NCBI GenBank assembly: GCA_018239815.1
Contig: JAFEGP010000012.1
Location: forward strand, 157 to 64,156
Source of the DNA: Verrucomicrobiota bacterium
Lineage (GTDB): Bacteria > Chlamydiota > Chlamydiia > Chlamydiales > JAAKFR01
Length of the DNA stretch: 64,000 bases
Reading direction: 5' to 3'
In this document: piece by piece, positions 1 to 8,428 of the stretch
Position numbering within the stretch: the first letter of the stretch is position 1
Layout: each line of letters begins with the position of its first letter
Program-made: the position numbers and the translations under genes
Notes under the pieces: model-generated
The model's input: only the letters and a program-made list of their open reading frames with translations
The model's database searches: none
What the model was told of the DNA's origin: nothing

Positions 1-579
1 CAAGCCATACAACAACAAGCTTTAAAGAGGTTTAAAATCATCTATGACGATCATCTAAAGTTTGTCCTAGATCAAGGCATCACGCTACAACAAGCCACTG
101 TTGTCAGACCTTTAAACCCAGATAAAGTGAAGCGTTTAGAAAAAGTTATAGCCGATTGGCTACGTCTGCAACACAACGATAAATATATGACGCCTGATCT
201 TTTGGGTAGTGATCCGGAAACAGCTATAGCTAAATTTCATCAGGACTTTCTTCCTAGGTTTTTAGTTCATCTCTATGTTTTTTTTACACGCATGCTAGAA
301 GAAAATGCCCAATCTTACGAAGGTAGAGCCTCTTCTATGACTGAACTACTTCGCATTAGAACCTTAGAATTTACCAAACAACATGCCTGCTATAACACAT
401 TTATTGAAACGGTCTGTGCTATTCCTAGAGATATGCTTAAGCTGAAATATGAAACTAGTTTTCTGCATTATCATCTGCTAGATCTTATCCTCAACGAACT
501 TGTCAAAGAAGGAGAGATAGCCTATTACAATCGAGAATTAGGCTATGGAGGTCGGACTATTCACTGCATCTTTTGCTAA
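1..579 (+). CDS. hypothetical protein, 5' end outside the window
   Basis: Frame 1 is open from base 1 to the TAA at 577-579. The GTG at 127 in the ORF track is only the first possible start inside the window. No recognisable motifs. Confidence 0.4.
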   Translation, partial: QAIQQQALKRFKIIYDDHLKFVLDQGITLQQATVVRPLNPDKVKRLEKVIADWLRLQHNDKYMTPDLLGSDPETAIAKFHQDFLPRFLVHLYVFFTRMLEENAQSYEGRASSMTELLRIRTLEFTKQHACYNTFIETVCAIPRDMLKLKYETSFLHYHLLDLILNELVKEGEIAYYNRELGYGGRTIHCIFC

Positions 580-654
580 AAAGATCGCTTCACTGAAAAA
601 TTCATGAAAAACCGATTGTTGCTTGCGTAAGAATTTTAAGAAGCCTTTCGAAAC

Positions 655-694
655 GGTGACTACTCCCACGCCTAAAGGCGTGGGAGTAGTCACC
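655..694. repeat. perfect inverted repeat / stem-loop (18-bp arms, 4-nt loop)
   Basis: Read directly: GGTGACTACTCCCACGCC-TAAA-GGCGTGGGAGTAGTCACC. It lies 76 nt after the upstream stop and immediately before the recombinase fragment. No U-tract follows. Confidence 0.85.
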
Positions 695-925
695 TTACTA
701 GGAATTGAAATTAAGTGCCTTGAGGAACGATTTGAGACTGATGATCCTGCTGCGGTCCTTCTTAGAGCTATCAAATTAGCAGAACCTGAGATGGACAACA
801 GGCGTAGGGCGTTAAATACCAAAATGGGAATGGGAATTGAACGCGCAAAGGCTGAGGGGCGCTATGTATGCGGTAAAGCTCCCTATGATTATCATGGGTC
901 AGAGATCAAAAGAATAGGCCTATAA
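695..925 (+). pseudogene. serine recombinase (resolvase-type) fragment
   Basis: The translation LGIEIKCLEERFETDDPAAVLLRAIKLAEPEMDNRRRALNTKMGMGIERAKAEGRYVCGKAPYDY resembles the C-terminal half of a resolvase catalytic domain and its junction (GR..G..PYGY type). The N-terminal catalytic-Ser region and the recombinase domain are absent. Confidence 0.5.
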
Positions 926-944
926 TCACCGCTCAAAAAAATCT

Positions 945-1919
945 TCAAAAAACAACGGGTTTGTGATGATGAATTGTATGCATGACACTCTTATCTATGA
1001 TATGCGCCCGATTGACCCCATCTGTTACCTTTATTTCAATAATCCCTTCTCGCTCAAGTTCAGCTACATAAGCTTGAATCGGGACTTTGGTAAGCATGTA
1101 CGCAATAAGATCGTCAGGTATCTTTTTTACATGCATGGCCTTGGATGTAATCTCCTCCAAGGAATGAGGGGTTTTTGTTAACATCGAAAGAACCAAGCTC
1201 TTAGTTTCTAGAATCCTTTCTTCATGATCATCGATCAATGCGATCAAATCAGATATCACTCCTCCATGATAAATGATCGTAGCATCTAGGGATGGCACTA
1301 ATGTCCTCAGTTTCTTAAAAGAATTTAACGTATCATTAATAAACGTGTAGTACAGAATAGGGTATTTATTGAATGTCTCCGTGCCGAAAACAGCATCTCC
1401 ACAATAAAGGACATTATCTGGTGATTTAATAGCTATCATTCCTCGAGTGTGGCCTGGGAGGGTGATGACCTCAAACACTTCATTATTTATGCTAAGCTTT
1501 TGATCCTGATAAGGAGCAATAATGTCCGTAACTCGAGAAGCCTGTTGTGGGGCAATCGGTTTGCATTTCTTGAGCTGTTCAAATGCTGCAGCTCCCCCAC
1601 AAAAGCATGTCGGCGCCATTAAAGGGTCTTCAATAAAAGGTCTTTCAGTTTCAGTGCTAAAAATTTTTACTTGTGGATACTTTTGTTGAAAAAAAGCATT
1701 TCCACCAGAATGATCTCCATGGCAATGCGTATTGATGATTGCAGTTAACTGCGCATCTGCTTGACCTAAAGCCTTATCAACTTCTTTGGCAACATCCTTG
1801 CTGATGCCACTATCAATTAAAACAGCCATTCCATCTTTGATGTAGGCACCTATGGAAAAAACCCCATCGCAGTAGAAACTATTATCTTTTACCTTTACGA
1901 GATTAATTTTTGCCATCAT
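945..1919 (-). CDS. MBL-fold metallo-hydrolase
   Basis: HxHxDH zinc motif (INTHCHGDHSGGN) and later His/Asp ligands (LPGHTRG, YCGD). Last gene of a tightly packed minus-strand operon. Confidence 0.8.
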   Translation of the reverse strand: MMAKINLVKVKDNSFYCDGVFSIGAYIKDGMAVLIDSGISKDVAKEVDKALGQADAQLTAIINTHCHGDHSGGNAFFQQKYPQVKIFSTETERPFIEDPLMAPTCFCGGAAAFEQLKKCKPIAPQQASRVTDIIAPYQDQKLSINNEVFEVITLPGHTRGMIAIKSPDNVLYCGDAVFGTETFNKYPILYYTFINDTLNSFKKLRTLVPSLDATIIYHGGVISDLIALIDDHEERILETKSLVLSMLTKTPHSLEEITSKAMHVKKIPDDLIAYMLTKVPIQAYVAELEREGIIEIKVTDGVNRAHIIDKSVMHTIHHHKPVVF

Positions 1920-2403
1920 CTACCTTTAAATCGATATATTTACCATGAGTCATTTTTTCCAATTCGCTGGATCTAAGTTGAAATACTGCGAATGGAGTCC
2001 CTGCTGCTGCCCATATCCATTCATAATCTTTTAGAGTTGGATCCAGGAAGGTAAGTACTTTTTTATGATGACCAATAGGCGGCACCCCTCCAATAGCAAA
2101 CCCTAATTTTTCTTTTACACATTTTCCATCCGCTTTGATTAGATGAATGCCTGTAGAATCCTCTATTTTTTTCATATCCACACGGTTAATGCCTGAAGCA
2201 ATTACCAACACTGGATCTCCTGATGCTTTATCTATAAAGACAAGTGATTTTGCTATTTGAGCAACCTCGCATCCAATCGCACTAGCAGCTTCCTCAGCAC
2301 TTCTTGTAGAGTCTGGGAGCTCTTTCACGATACAGCTGTGTCCATTTTCAATCAAAAATGTCTGCACCTTTTGTGCACTATCTGAAAGCTCTTTATTCAT
2401 CAC
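1903..2403 (-). CDS. YbaK/EbsC-family aminoacyl-tRNA deacylase-like protein
   Basis: Size and motifs typical of YbaK/ProX editing domains (SLVF...VLVIASG, GFAIGGVPPIGH). Overlaps both neighbouring genes. Confidence 0.75.
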   Translation of the reverse strand: MMNKELSDSAQKVQTFLIENGHSCIVKELPDSTRSAEEAASAIGCEVAQIAKSLVFIDKASGDPVLVIASGINRVDMKKIEDSTGIHLIKADGKCVKEKLGFAIGGVPPIGHHKKVLTFLDPTLKDYEWIWAAAGTPFAVFQLRSSELEKMTHGKYIDLKVDDGKN

Positions 2404-2821
2404 TTTCCCCCTTATATAACGATAATTTTCTAGTCAGATCACTTACGACCTCATGAGGTCCAAATAAAACAAGACCATAATAAATAATATCTTCTTGTTT
2501 GGTCGCCAGGGTTCTTGCTTCCTGATCTGCCCATGTTCCCTCAGTCATGGTATTTGTAAAGACAGCATATTGAAGACCTGCTTCTTTTGCCTTCATCAAT
2601 AAGGTCCCTATCTTATTGGAGTTTTTTTCTCTTAAAATAATGAAAGGCATTTTAGAGATGTTGGGGTAGACAAACCCCTCTGCATTTTTATAATTCATCA
2701 AATGCAAATCTTCGTGTCCCATATGAGCCCCGAATCCTAGACACATATGAGCTACAGCATTCATAAGGACGCCTGTCTCAATTTGCTTGTTGACGATAGC
2801 GACTAATTTATTAGGAAACAT
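2393..2821 (-). CDS. DUF2000-family protein
   Basis: 142 aa. The pattern KLVAIVN...LMNAVAHMCLGFGA...PFIILREK...YAVFTNTM...YYGLVLFGPHEVVSDLTRKLSLY matches my recollection of the DUF2000 (Atu0240-like) family. Confidence 0.6.
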   Translation of the reverse strand: MFPNKLVAIVNKQIETGVLMNAVAHMCLGFGAHMGHEDLHLMNYKNAEGFVYPNISKMPFIILREKNSNKIGTLLMKAKEAGLQYAVFTNTMTEGTWADQEARTLATKQEDIIYYGLVLFGPHEVVSDLTRKLSLYKGESDE

Positions 2822-2838
2822 TTTAATACCTCCACAGG

Positions 2839-4311
2839 TTATATCAGATTAATCTCAGTTGAAAAACAATGGACAGCTTGAGCAAAAATTTTGGCTTGAT
2901 ACGTTTTTCCTTTCTTTGCAAATTCCACTCTTACAACTCCAGGTCGTTCAATAAAGTGTCCTTGCTCAACTTGAAAATGATTAGAGTCTTTTGGTAAGAG
3001 TTCAAAAGACTCTATATAAGCTGTAAGTCCCCCTAAAACTGAACCTGTAAATGGATCTTCCGAAATCCCCACCAAGGGAGCAAAGCAACGCATGTGAAAT
3101 TGATTTTCTTGATCGAAAGTTTCAGGACAAAAAACGCATAGAGCTACAATATCATGCGCCTTAGAGAATTGAGCAAAAGTCTTAGGATCACATTCAATCT
3201 TTTTTAAAGCATCCAATGAGTTTGCGACTACAAAGAGATCTTTATTTGTTTTTTCATACATCACAGGAAAGGCACGGTTAATCAAATGCTCATCGAAGCC
3301 CCCTGCTTCAGCCACTTCATTGTGACTAATAGATGCCTGCTTTAAATGGATGCTAGGGGCTTCATAGGCAACTTTTATTGCATCATGATTTTCTATTTTT
3401 GCTTCCATGTTAAGAACACCACAAAGAGTCTCTACTTTGAATGGATAAAGGCCTTCTTTTTCGATTCCAAAGCGCTTTTCTTTAGCAATCATGTAAAGAG
3501 CCCCTACTGTTGAATGTCCACAAAAGGTAATTTCATGACCCGTTGGAGTAAAATAACGCATTTTAAATGCAGCTTTTTCACTCGGTAGAACAAAAGCTGT
3601 TTCGGATAAATTCAACTCTCTGGCAATTTTGCGCATAGTGATTTCGTCTAGATCATCTGCATCCAGAACAACGCCAGCTGGATTACCTCCGAATTTGGTG
3701 TTTGTAAAAGCATCTACTTGATGGACATGAACCTTTCCAAAGTTAGTAGTTGTCTTCAAGTGGTTGTATACAGTGGCTCGTGAAATTTGAAGCTTTGAAG
3801 CCACATAAGCTGAAGATTCTTTAAAATCGAATAAGCTTTTACTCTTAAGTTGCGAAATAAGCTCCCTTTTTTGTTTTGCAGCCATTGCCTGAAGACTAAT
3901 TTTATTTTCTGAAAGATATACTTGGATGCTTTGATCAATTTGTTGTTTCCAAGAATCAGTCCCTGACTGCGTTTGACAATTGGAAGCGGGCTGAATCAGG
4001 AAATTCAGTTGATCTTGAAGATTTTTAAAATGAGTTAAGTCATACCGTACTCTCAAATAGCTTACTATTTTTTTATCCTTATAGAATGGGTAGAGAAGGC
4101 TTCTTACATTTTTCCCTGTGGTGAGGAATTCGGACAATATTTCCTCAACTAAAAAATCCTTTAAATCACACTGCTGATCTTCTTTAATCGAGGAAAAAGA
4201 GTTAAAGATTTCCAGGATATTACCATTTCTATCCAATAGAGAACACTCTACTAATGGGTAAAATAAGTTCACTAAACTTTGCGCTAAGGAGTTAAAATCT
4301 TCTTTTATCAT
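2839..4311 (-). CDS. fusion protein: YheO-like sensor + HTH regulator domain joined to a PhzF-family isomerase/epimerase-fold domain
   Basis: The N-terminal ~190 aa has YheO-like features and an HTH (SSAYVASKLQISRATVYNHLK). The C-terminal ~290 aa is a clear PhzF domain (VHVHQVDAFTNTKFGGNPAGVVL...LSETAFV...MRYFTPTGHEITFCGHSTVGA...EDPFTGS). Confidence 0.75.
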   Translation of the reverse strand: MIKEDFNSLAQSLVNLFYPLVECSLLDRNGNILEIFNSFSSIKEDQQCDLKDFLVEEILSEFLTTGKNVRSLLYPFYKDKKIVSYLRVRYDLTHFKNLQDQLNFLIQPASNCQTQSGTDSWKQQIDQSIQVYLSENKISLQAMAAKQKRELISQLKSKSLFDFKESSAYVASKLQISRATVYNHLKTTTNFGKVHVHQVDAFTNTKFGGNPAGVVLDADDLDEITMRKIARELNLSETAFVLPSEKAAFKMRYFTPTGHEITFCGHSTVGALYMIAKEKRFGIEKEGLYPFKVETLCGVLNMEAKIENHDAIKVAYEAPSIHLKQASISHNEVAEAGGFDEHLINRAFPVMYEKTNKDLFVVANSLDALKKIECDPKTFAQFSKAHDIVALCVFCPETFDQENQFHMRCFAPLVGISEDPFTGSVLGGLTAYIESFELLPKDSNHFQVEQGHFIERPGVVRVEFAKKGKTYQAKIFAQAVHCFSTEINLI

Positions 4312-4339
4312 CGCCTCACCTTTCTTAACCTGTAATCTT

Positions 4340-4354
4340 ATTCTAATTTAGAAT
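4340..4354. promoter_or_regulatory. 15-nt perfect palindrome upstream of the YheO-PhzF gene (candidate operator)
   Basis: ATTCTAA-T-TTAGAAT read directly, 29 nt upstream of the minus-strand start at 4311, in the divergent intergenic region. Confidence 0.3.
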
Positions 4355-4393
4355 TTTTGTCAAATACCGATTGTTTTTGCTTAGAAATTCCAA

Positions 4394-4422
4394 TTGAATC
4401 AAAAAATCAAAACCGTTATCAT
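4394..4422 (+). promoter_or_regulatory. candidate sigma70/66-type promoter for the 4473 gene pair
   Basis: TTGAAT - 17 nt - TATCAT read directly. About 50 nt upstream of the ATG at 4473, which is preceded by AAGGAGA. Confidence 0.35.
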
Positions 4423-4472
4423 GAAGTTTAAATGCGCGAATCAAGCAGATTATCTTATCGACAAGGAGAAAA

Positions 4473-5039
4473 ATGGAGATAGATTCTAGAAGCTTAGAGG
4501 GTGCTTTGGTTATACTCGGACAATTACTTGCCGACCGTGGTCATTATTATGAAATTGTTGCTATAGGGGGAGGAAGCCTGCTTCTATTGGGATTGATTGA
4601 ACGCACAACTAAAGATTTAGATGTTGTCGCACTTCTAAAAAATGGGCAATTGGCTTCAGCAGATCCTCTACCCGCACCTCTTTTGAAAGCGGCACAAGGT
4701 GTCGGAAATGTCGTAAAATTAGGCCAAGATTGGCTCAATATTGGTCCTTCCTCGCTTTTAGAAGGAGGATTGCCAAAAGGATTTCTTAATCGTGTACACA
4801 CCCACCATTATAAAGGTTTAACTGTACATTTAGCCGATCGATTTGATCAAATTTGCTTCAAACTATATGCAAGCGTTGATCAAGGACCACACAGCAAGCA
4901 TTTTACTGATTTAATAATTTTACAACCTTCCTCTGAAGAAATCGAGCAGGCAAAGAATTGGTGCATCAGTCATGATGTATCAGAAGCTTTTGCTATTGAA
5001 TTAGATAAAGCACTAGAGGTTCTCGATGGATCTGATTAA
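4473..5039 (+). CDS. nucleotidyltransferase-fold protein (MNT / DUF6036 / AbiEii-like)
   Basis: The core VAIGGGSLLLLGLIERTTKDLDVV (G-G-x-aliphatic...R-x-T-K-D-L-D) followed by DWLN and a later ...H.KHF.DL region fits minimal nucleotidyltransferase families. Good RBS. Confidence 0.55.
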   Translation: MEIDSRSLEGALVILGQLLADRGHYYEIVAIGGGSLLLLGLIERTTKDLDVVALLKNGQLASADPLPAPLLKAAQGVGNVVKLGQDWLNIGPSSLLEGGLPKGFLNRVHTHHYKGLTVHLADRFDQICFKLYASVDQGPHSKHFTDLIILQPSSEEIEQAKNWCISHDVSEAFAIELDKALEVLDGSD

Positions 5040-5934
5040 AAAATTGGATCAATCTCTTTTAGATCTTGCTTGGAGTCTATGGACAGAGCTCGGTGTTCAA
5101 GGACATAAAAGAAAACATCAAGATTGTTTGATTGCATTAGAAGAGCTTATTTTACTCACAACCACTTTAGCTGAAATAGATCCCAGGTTGCGAGATGAAT
5201 CCTTAGACTGGTGTTCTCAATATCATCACTTCATATCCATTAGTCGTTTAAAATCTCTTATGAAAGAATATGATGCTCAAATTTTAGAAGCATTTTCCAA
5301 ATACTCTTCCACTCTTAATTCTGTCTCTTGTGCTCATTGGCCCATTTTTCAAGAGTTTGCACCGTTAAAGGTTCGCCTAAGTCATAAGTCTTGTTTACGA
5401 CCCTTAGAATCACCAGCACTTTTAAGTATCAGAACCAGATCAGTATTTGGAACAGGAGCTAGAGCTGATCTTATTATGTTTTTTTTGACACATGGTGATG
5501 TAGATTTTTCGATTTCAGATACCATTGAAATTGGATATTCTAAACGAAATCTAGCTGATATATTAGAAGAGCTACAGTTAAGTGGATTAGTTGATCAATC
5601 CCTTTTAAGAAACCAATACCGATACCATCTGCTAAAAAGAAAAGAGCTCTTAAAAATACTAGGTCCTTTGCCAAAATATATTCCATCATGGCGTCATGTC
5701 ATTGAGGTCATTCTGCCAATACGAACGTGCTTACAAAGGATTAAAAACTCATCTGAAAGCACACAAGCAATTGAAATTCAAAACTTATTGATCTCAATTC
5801 ATTCAAAACTTAAAAAACTTCAAATTTCACCCCCCTCTTTTGATGGGGATATTTCAAAGTATATGCGCTCATTTAACCAATGGTTAATGGATTTTTCTTA
5901 TCAAATCCAATCTCGGAGCAACTCTCTGATTTAA
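5026..5934 (+). CDS. hypothetical protein with a winged-helix-like segment, translationally coupled to the nucleotidyltransferase
   Basis: 14-nt overlap with the upstream gene. The segment GYSKRNLADILEELQLSGLVDQSLLRNQYRYHL looks like a wHTH. No other motif recognised. Confidence 0.5.
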   Translation: MDLIKKLDQSLLDLAWSLWTELGVQGHKRKHQDCLIALEELILLTTTLAEIDPRLRDESLDWCSQYHHFISISRLKSLMKEYDAQILEAFSKYSSTLNSVSCAHWPIFQEFAPLKVRLSHKSCLRPLESPALLSIRTRSVFGTGARADLIMFFLTHGDVDFSISDTIEIGYSKRNLADILEELQLSGLVDQSLLRNQYRYHLLKRKELLKILGPLPKYIPSWRHVIEVILPIRTCLQRIKNSSESTQAIEIQNLLISIHSKLKKLQISPPSFDGDISKYMRSFNQWLMDFSYQIQSRSNSLI

Positions 5935-6002
5935 ATTTTTCGTACTAAAAGGCTTCTCCTGCCACAACTTTTGTTCCTATCGACTGTGTTGAAAAATTCA
6001 TT

Positions 6003-6170
6003 TAAGATATAGACAATAATTTCTTTCGCACCCGCTTTTTTGGCACCTCTTACTGCTGCGTTCACTTCGGCGGTGTATAGTCTGCGACCCTCTTCATATT
6101 GAGGTTTGCCTGCAACTACTTGATCCCACTTAACAATCCCTCCTATCGCATCTGTGGGGACAGGTAAAGA
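6003..6170 (-). pseudogene. N-terminal fragment of an M55 (DppA-type) D-aminopeptidase
   Basis: The minus-strand translation ...PTDAIGGIVKWDQVVAGKPQYEEGRRLYTAEVNAAVRGAKKAGAKEIIV resembles the DppA N-terminus (DMEGI.GIV.W..V......Y...R.LMT.EVNAA..GA..AGA.E..V). It has no start codon, a stop lies just upstream, and similarity is lost after ~55 aa. Confidence 0.45.
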
Positions 6171-6336
6171 AGAAATTTACAACGGTGCTTAGCACACTTT
6201 CGGGCGAAATATCGATCCTTGAGTCCACAATAATCGATTCTTGAGACAGCTCATAGCTCCTGATTGTTATAGGTGAAATTCCAATATGTGAATCGTTAGC
6301 TCAACTGCTCAGCTGGCGTGTCATTGTAAGGCCATC

Positions 6337-6510
6337 TTGCATAGCTTTACATGGATTTTTTTGAGCGGCTCACTTGAAGTCAAAAGAAAATTACTTGATT
6401 CGATCTTTCCCGAAAAACTGGTATTTGAGAATGGAAATTATCGAACCAGCCAAGTAAACCCGGACATTGAACTTATCGGACAGTTTAACAAGGGGTTAGG
6501 AAAGGAAAAT
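6337..6510 (+). pseudogene. probable C-terminal tail fragment of a large serine recombinase
   Basis: SLEVKRKLLDSIFPEKLVFENGNYRTSQVNPDIELIGQFNKGLGKEN resembles the conserved C-terminal tail of a class of serine recombinases (from memory). The ORF then reads through the tRNA terminator and the tRNA, so it is not a genuine intact gene. Confidence 0.35.
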
Positions 6511-6547
6511 GCCGGAGCATTTTTTTCGTTGGAAAAAATGCTCCGGC
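6511..6547 (-). terminator. stem-loop immediately downstream of tRNA-Leu (likely intrinsic terminator)
   Basis: GCCGGAGCATTTTTT-TCGTTGG-AAAAAATGCTCCGGC, perfect 15-bp arms, starting 4 nt after the tRNA 3' end on the minus strand. Confidence 0.6.
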
Positions 6548-6551
6548 TATG

Positions 6552-6633
<82 letters not shown>

Positions 6634-6671
6634 AAGCAAATGGTCCCTAACTCTATCCAGCTAAAACAATT

Positions 6672-7850
6672 TTGTCAATCTCTACCTTGATGAAAATCGC
6701 CAGCGGGCGTATCCTCCCCTCCAATACACAAAAGGTTATTCCCTATATGGTTGATATCGCCCCTCCTATTACCGCCCCTTTAGGATGTGAAGGTCCTGAA
6801 CTTGCAGAAACTGGTTTGTTAGAACATGGAGCAGAAGGCTTGTATTCCCTTGCTCTTCTTGAAATCGATGGACAAAACATTTCGCAAATGCTCAAGGCTC
6901 TTAATATGCAATGGAGTATGGCCAAGCAACCTGATTGCTCTTACCTTGCCACATCCCACCAGATTCTCCATCTCTCCCCTGAACTAATTGCCGCTGAAAG
7001 AGAGATTGAGACTTTAACGAACATGCTTCAAGAACCCACAACTCAATCCGATCGTTCTGCTGCTGCACTCAAACCTCTAGCAGCAGCACCTCAAGTCCAT
7101 TCTTCTATTTTCTCTCTAGCTAAAAGCGTTTATGAAACACGCACACAAAGTCGTGAACAACCACGAGAACAAACCCACTCTCAGCTTTCTCAGAATCAAA
7201 TCGCCACAGCCACTCCTTTGTCAAAATCTGCCAGTGAACAAAAAGAAATCGCACATAGAAAATGGGACAAGCAAGATCAAGAGGGAAGAGGCGGAGGCCA
7301 CTCTCAGCAAGATCAACAACGCGAGCGCTCTCATAAACATCAAGCTTCTGTGTCTAAGGTCAGCTCAACAGATGCAAAACCTGCTGAAGCACCAACAGAA
7401 AGTATCAACAGCATTTTCATTCGCTTTATGGCTTTAATGGCAAAAATACTAGGCCAAGCAGAAGCAGAAGCTCACGAATTATATAGTCGTATTAAACATA
7501 GAACAGATCAAATCGACCTTCTTACGACCCTAATGCAAAAAATCAACGCGACAAATGGAGAGCTTGATATTTCACAAAACCCCCAGATACAGCATCTAAT
7601 TCAGCGAGCACGTGAAATTGGAGTAGAAATCCCAGAAGGCAAAACAAAATGGACCGAAGAAGAAAAACGTTTGCTTAAAGAAAATATCCAAATGCGTAAA
7701 GACAGTATGGAAAAAATCACACAGTTAGAGCGCACAGATATGCAACGCTATTTACAAGAAGCCTCTCAATGCCATCAAGCTCGTTCTAACGTCTTGAAAC
7801 TCTTGAAAGAAGTGCTTGATACATTGATCCATAATATTCGACCAGCCTAA
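6672..7850 (+). CDS. hypothetical protein (candidate T3S substrate) translationally coupled to the class II chaperone
   Basis: No Sec signal, a Q/S/E-rich disordered middle and a C-terminal coiled-coil. Its stop overlaps the chaperone start (TAATG at 7848-7852). The ORF-track start is a TTG, and ATG at 6690 (MKIASG...) is an alternative. It is the positional equivalent of CT863 (from memory). Confidence 0.6.
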   Translation: MSISTLMKIASGRILPSNTQKVIPYMVDIAPPITAPLGCEGPELAETGLLEHGAEGLYSLALLEIDGQNISQMLKALNMQWSMAKQPDCSYLATSHQILHLSPELIAAEREIETLTNMLQEPTTQSDRSAAALKPLAAAPQVHSSIFSLAKSVYETRTQSREQPREQTHSQLSQNQIATATPLSKSASEQKEIAHRKWDKQDQEGRGGGHSQQDQQRERSHKHQASVSKVSSTDAKPAEAPTESINSIFIRFMALMAKILGQAEAEAHELYSRIKHRTDQIDLLTTLMQKINATNGELDISQNPQIQHLIQRAREIGVEIPEGKTKWTEEEKRLLKENIQMRKDSMEKITQLERTDMQRYLQEASQCHQARSNVLKLLKEVLDTLIHNIRPA

Positions 7851-8380
7851 TGCTTAAACAACTTTTACAGAGATTGGCCCTTGAATATCAGGATGGCCTG
7901 CCTTTGCTTGAAGATTTGGATAGCTATCTCAGAGATTTTGTTCCTCAAGCTTTGTTAAAAAGCTCCTCACTACAACAGGCCTTTGGCATCTCCCATCAAG
8001 AAATGGAACTACTCTACAAAGAAGCCTATCTCCAATATGAAAATAATAAGCTGGAAGAGGCTTCTATAACATTTCGTTTTCTTGTGCTGTTTGATCCTTG
8101 GATAAAAAAACATTGGATGGGGTTGGCTAGCTGCCAACAACTAAGGAAATTTTATGACAAGGCCCTACACAGCTACGCCATTGCAGCTGCATTAGATAGC
8201 GAGGATCCCTACCCTCATTTTTATGCTTATCAGTGCTGCCTTGCTTCAAATAATTTAATTGATGCACAAAAAGCCCTTCTTTTGGCTTATCAGCGTACTT
8301 CTGAGCCTTGTCATGCAAAATTACGTCATAAAATAGAATTTTTACACCAACGCGTCTTTTCCTCTACCTGTAAAATATAA
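7850..8380 (+). CDS. type III secretion class II (LcrH/SycD/Scc-type) TPR chaperone
   Basis: 176 aa. The TPR pattern is typical of translocator chaperones (LYKEAYLQYENNKLEEASITFRFLVLFDPWIKKHWMGLASCQQLRKFYDKALHSYAIAAALDSEDPYPHFYAYQC). Confidence 0.85.
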   Translation: MLKQLLQRLALEYQDGLPLLEDLDSYLRDFVPQALLKSSSLQQAFGISHQEMELLYKEAYLQYENNKLEEASITFRFLVLFDPWIKKHWMGLASCQQLRKFYDKALHSYAIAAALDSEDPYPHFYAYQCCLASNNLIDAQKALLLAYQRTSEPCHAKLRHKIEFLHQRVFSSTCKI

Positions 8381-8428
8381 AAATATGTTAGAGTCTTTTT
8401 ATTTTCATGCACTTAGAAACAAAATTCT

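Noticed and set aside
655-694. Hairpin as a canonical intrinsic terminator
   Set aside because: No U-tract follows the stem (TTACTAGG), so it is reported only as an inverted repeat.
538-822. 94-aa minus-strand ORF spanning the hairpin
   Set aside because: It overlaps the end of the upstream gene, the 18-bp-arm palindrome (which reads as TTPTP.GVGVVT in both directions) and the recombinase fragment. It has no motif or RBS.
5026-5934. Possible HEPN Rx4-6H motif (RNQYRYH) that would make the pair an MNT-HEPN toxin-antitoxin system
   Set aside because: The motif sits in what looks like the beta-wing of a winged-helix domain. The rest of the protein does not resemble the four-helix HEPN layout, so it is kept only as a generic TA/defence-like hypothesis.
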